Shown piece by piece: positions 63,501 to 64,000 of a DNA stretch of 64,000 bases. The notes under the pieces are model-generated. The model was not told the DNA's origin. It was given only the letters and a program-made list of their open reading frames with translations, and did not search any database. The DNA lies in the NCBI GenBank assembly GCA_051294375.1, contig CM119264.1, positions 7,213,814 to 7,277,813 on the forward strand. Direction: 5' to 3'. The translations under genes and the position numbers were made by a program. The DNA is from Paraspadella gotoi (lineage: Eukaryota; Animalia; Chaetognatha). The stretch's first letter is position 1. Each line of letters opens with the position of its first letter.

Positions 63501-64000
63501 GTTTATTTATTCTGTTCGTTAATGTTTTTCTTCGGCGGAAATAATTGACAAAAATTGTTTTCTGTCGTAGAAAATAATGAGGATCCGTAAACGAGGATTT
63601 TAAGATCCGAGTTTTTAAAGAATTTTTTAAATAACGATAGCATGGCGAGAACCTATTATTCAATTGATGACGTTGCTAAGATTTATTACATTTAATATGT
63701 TACAATAGTAAAGACCTCATTGAGAGCCCATCCCATTTAATGAACGATAATTTCATATCGTTTCGCATATATTTCGTTGTTCATAGTAGAAGATAGATTT
63801 TTTGTAATTATTTCGTATTTGTACATCAATCCTTAAAAAAAAAACACGTTTCTTTCTACCCAAATTGTTTCTCCCGTTGACGGACGATCTTTCTCGCCTT
63901 TCGGTTTGTGTTGTAAAGATTCATCTAAATTTTCGATGTTGTCATAAGTTTATTTTATGAAATACAAACGTTTCATCGGGAAAAAAAATTGTTTAATTAT

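Overview
AT-rich, microsatellite-dense, gappy draft-assembly DNA from a eukaryote, most likely an invertebrate animal (spliceosomal introns throughout, no prokaryotic features). Almost all ORF-track entries are repeat or gap noise. Supported content: (1) a Ty3/Gypsy retrotransposon of the CsRn1 type on the minus strand with open gag and pol joined by a GGGAAAC -1 frameshift signal plus hairpin; no LTR pair is visible. (2) Two tandem, spliced, secreted double-WAP (four-disulphide core) paralogs at 37.3-42.3 kb, not recovered as whole genes by the ORF track. Each has its own low-complexity N-terminal arm and a 65- or 108-residue insert between Cys1 and Cys2 of the second WAP domain; this is the most novel item. 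(3) The C-terminal RhoGAP exons of an ARHGAP39/Vilse-like gene. (4) A convergent unknown gene with a predicted transmembrane segment. (5) Small non-autonomous repeats: HINE/DINE-1-like copies, a foldback MITE and tRNA-derived pieces. Six kb-scale direct or inverted duplications differ mainly by scattered indels, and four lie beside gaps of exactly 25 N, so they are probably long-read gap-filling artefacts. Exon models were built by hand, and homology statements rest on remembered family motifs, not database searches.
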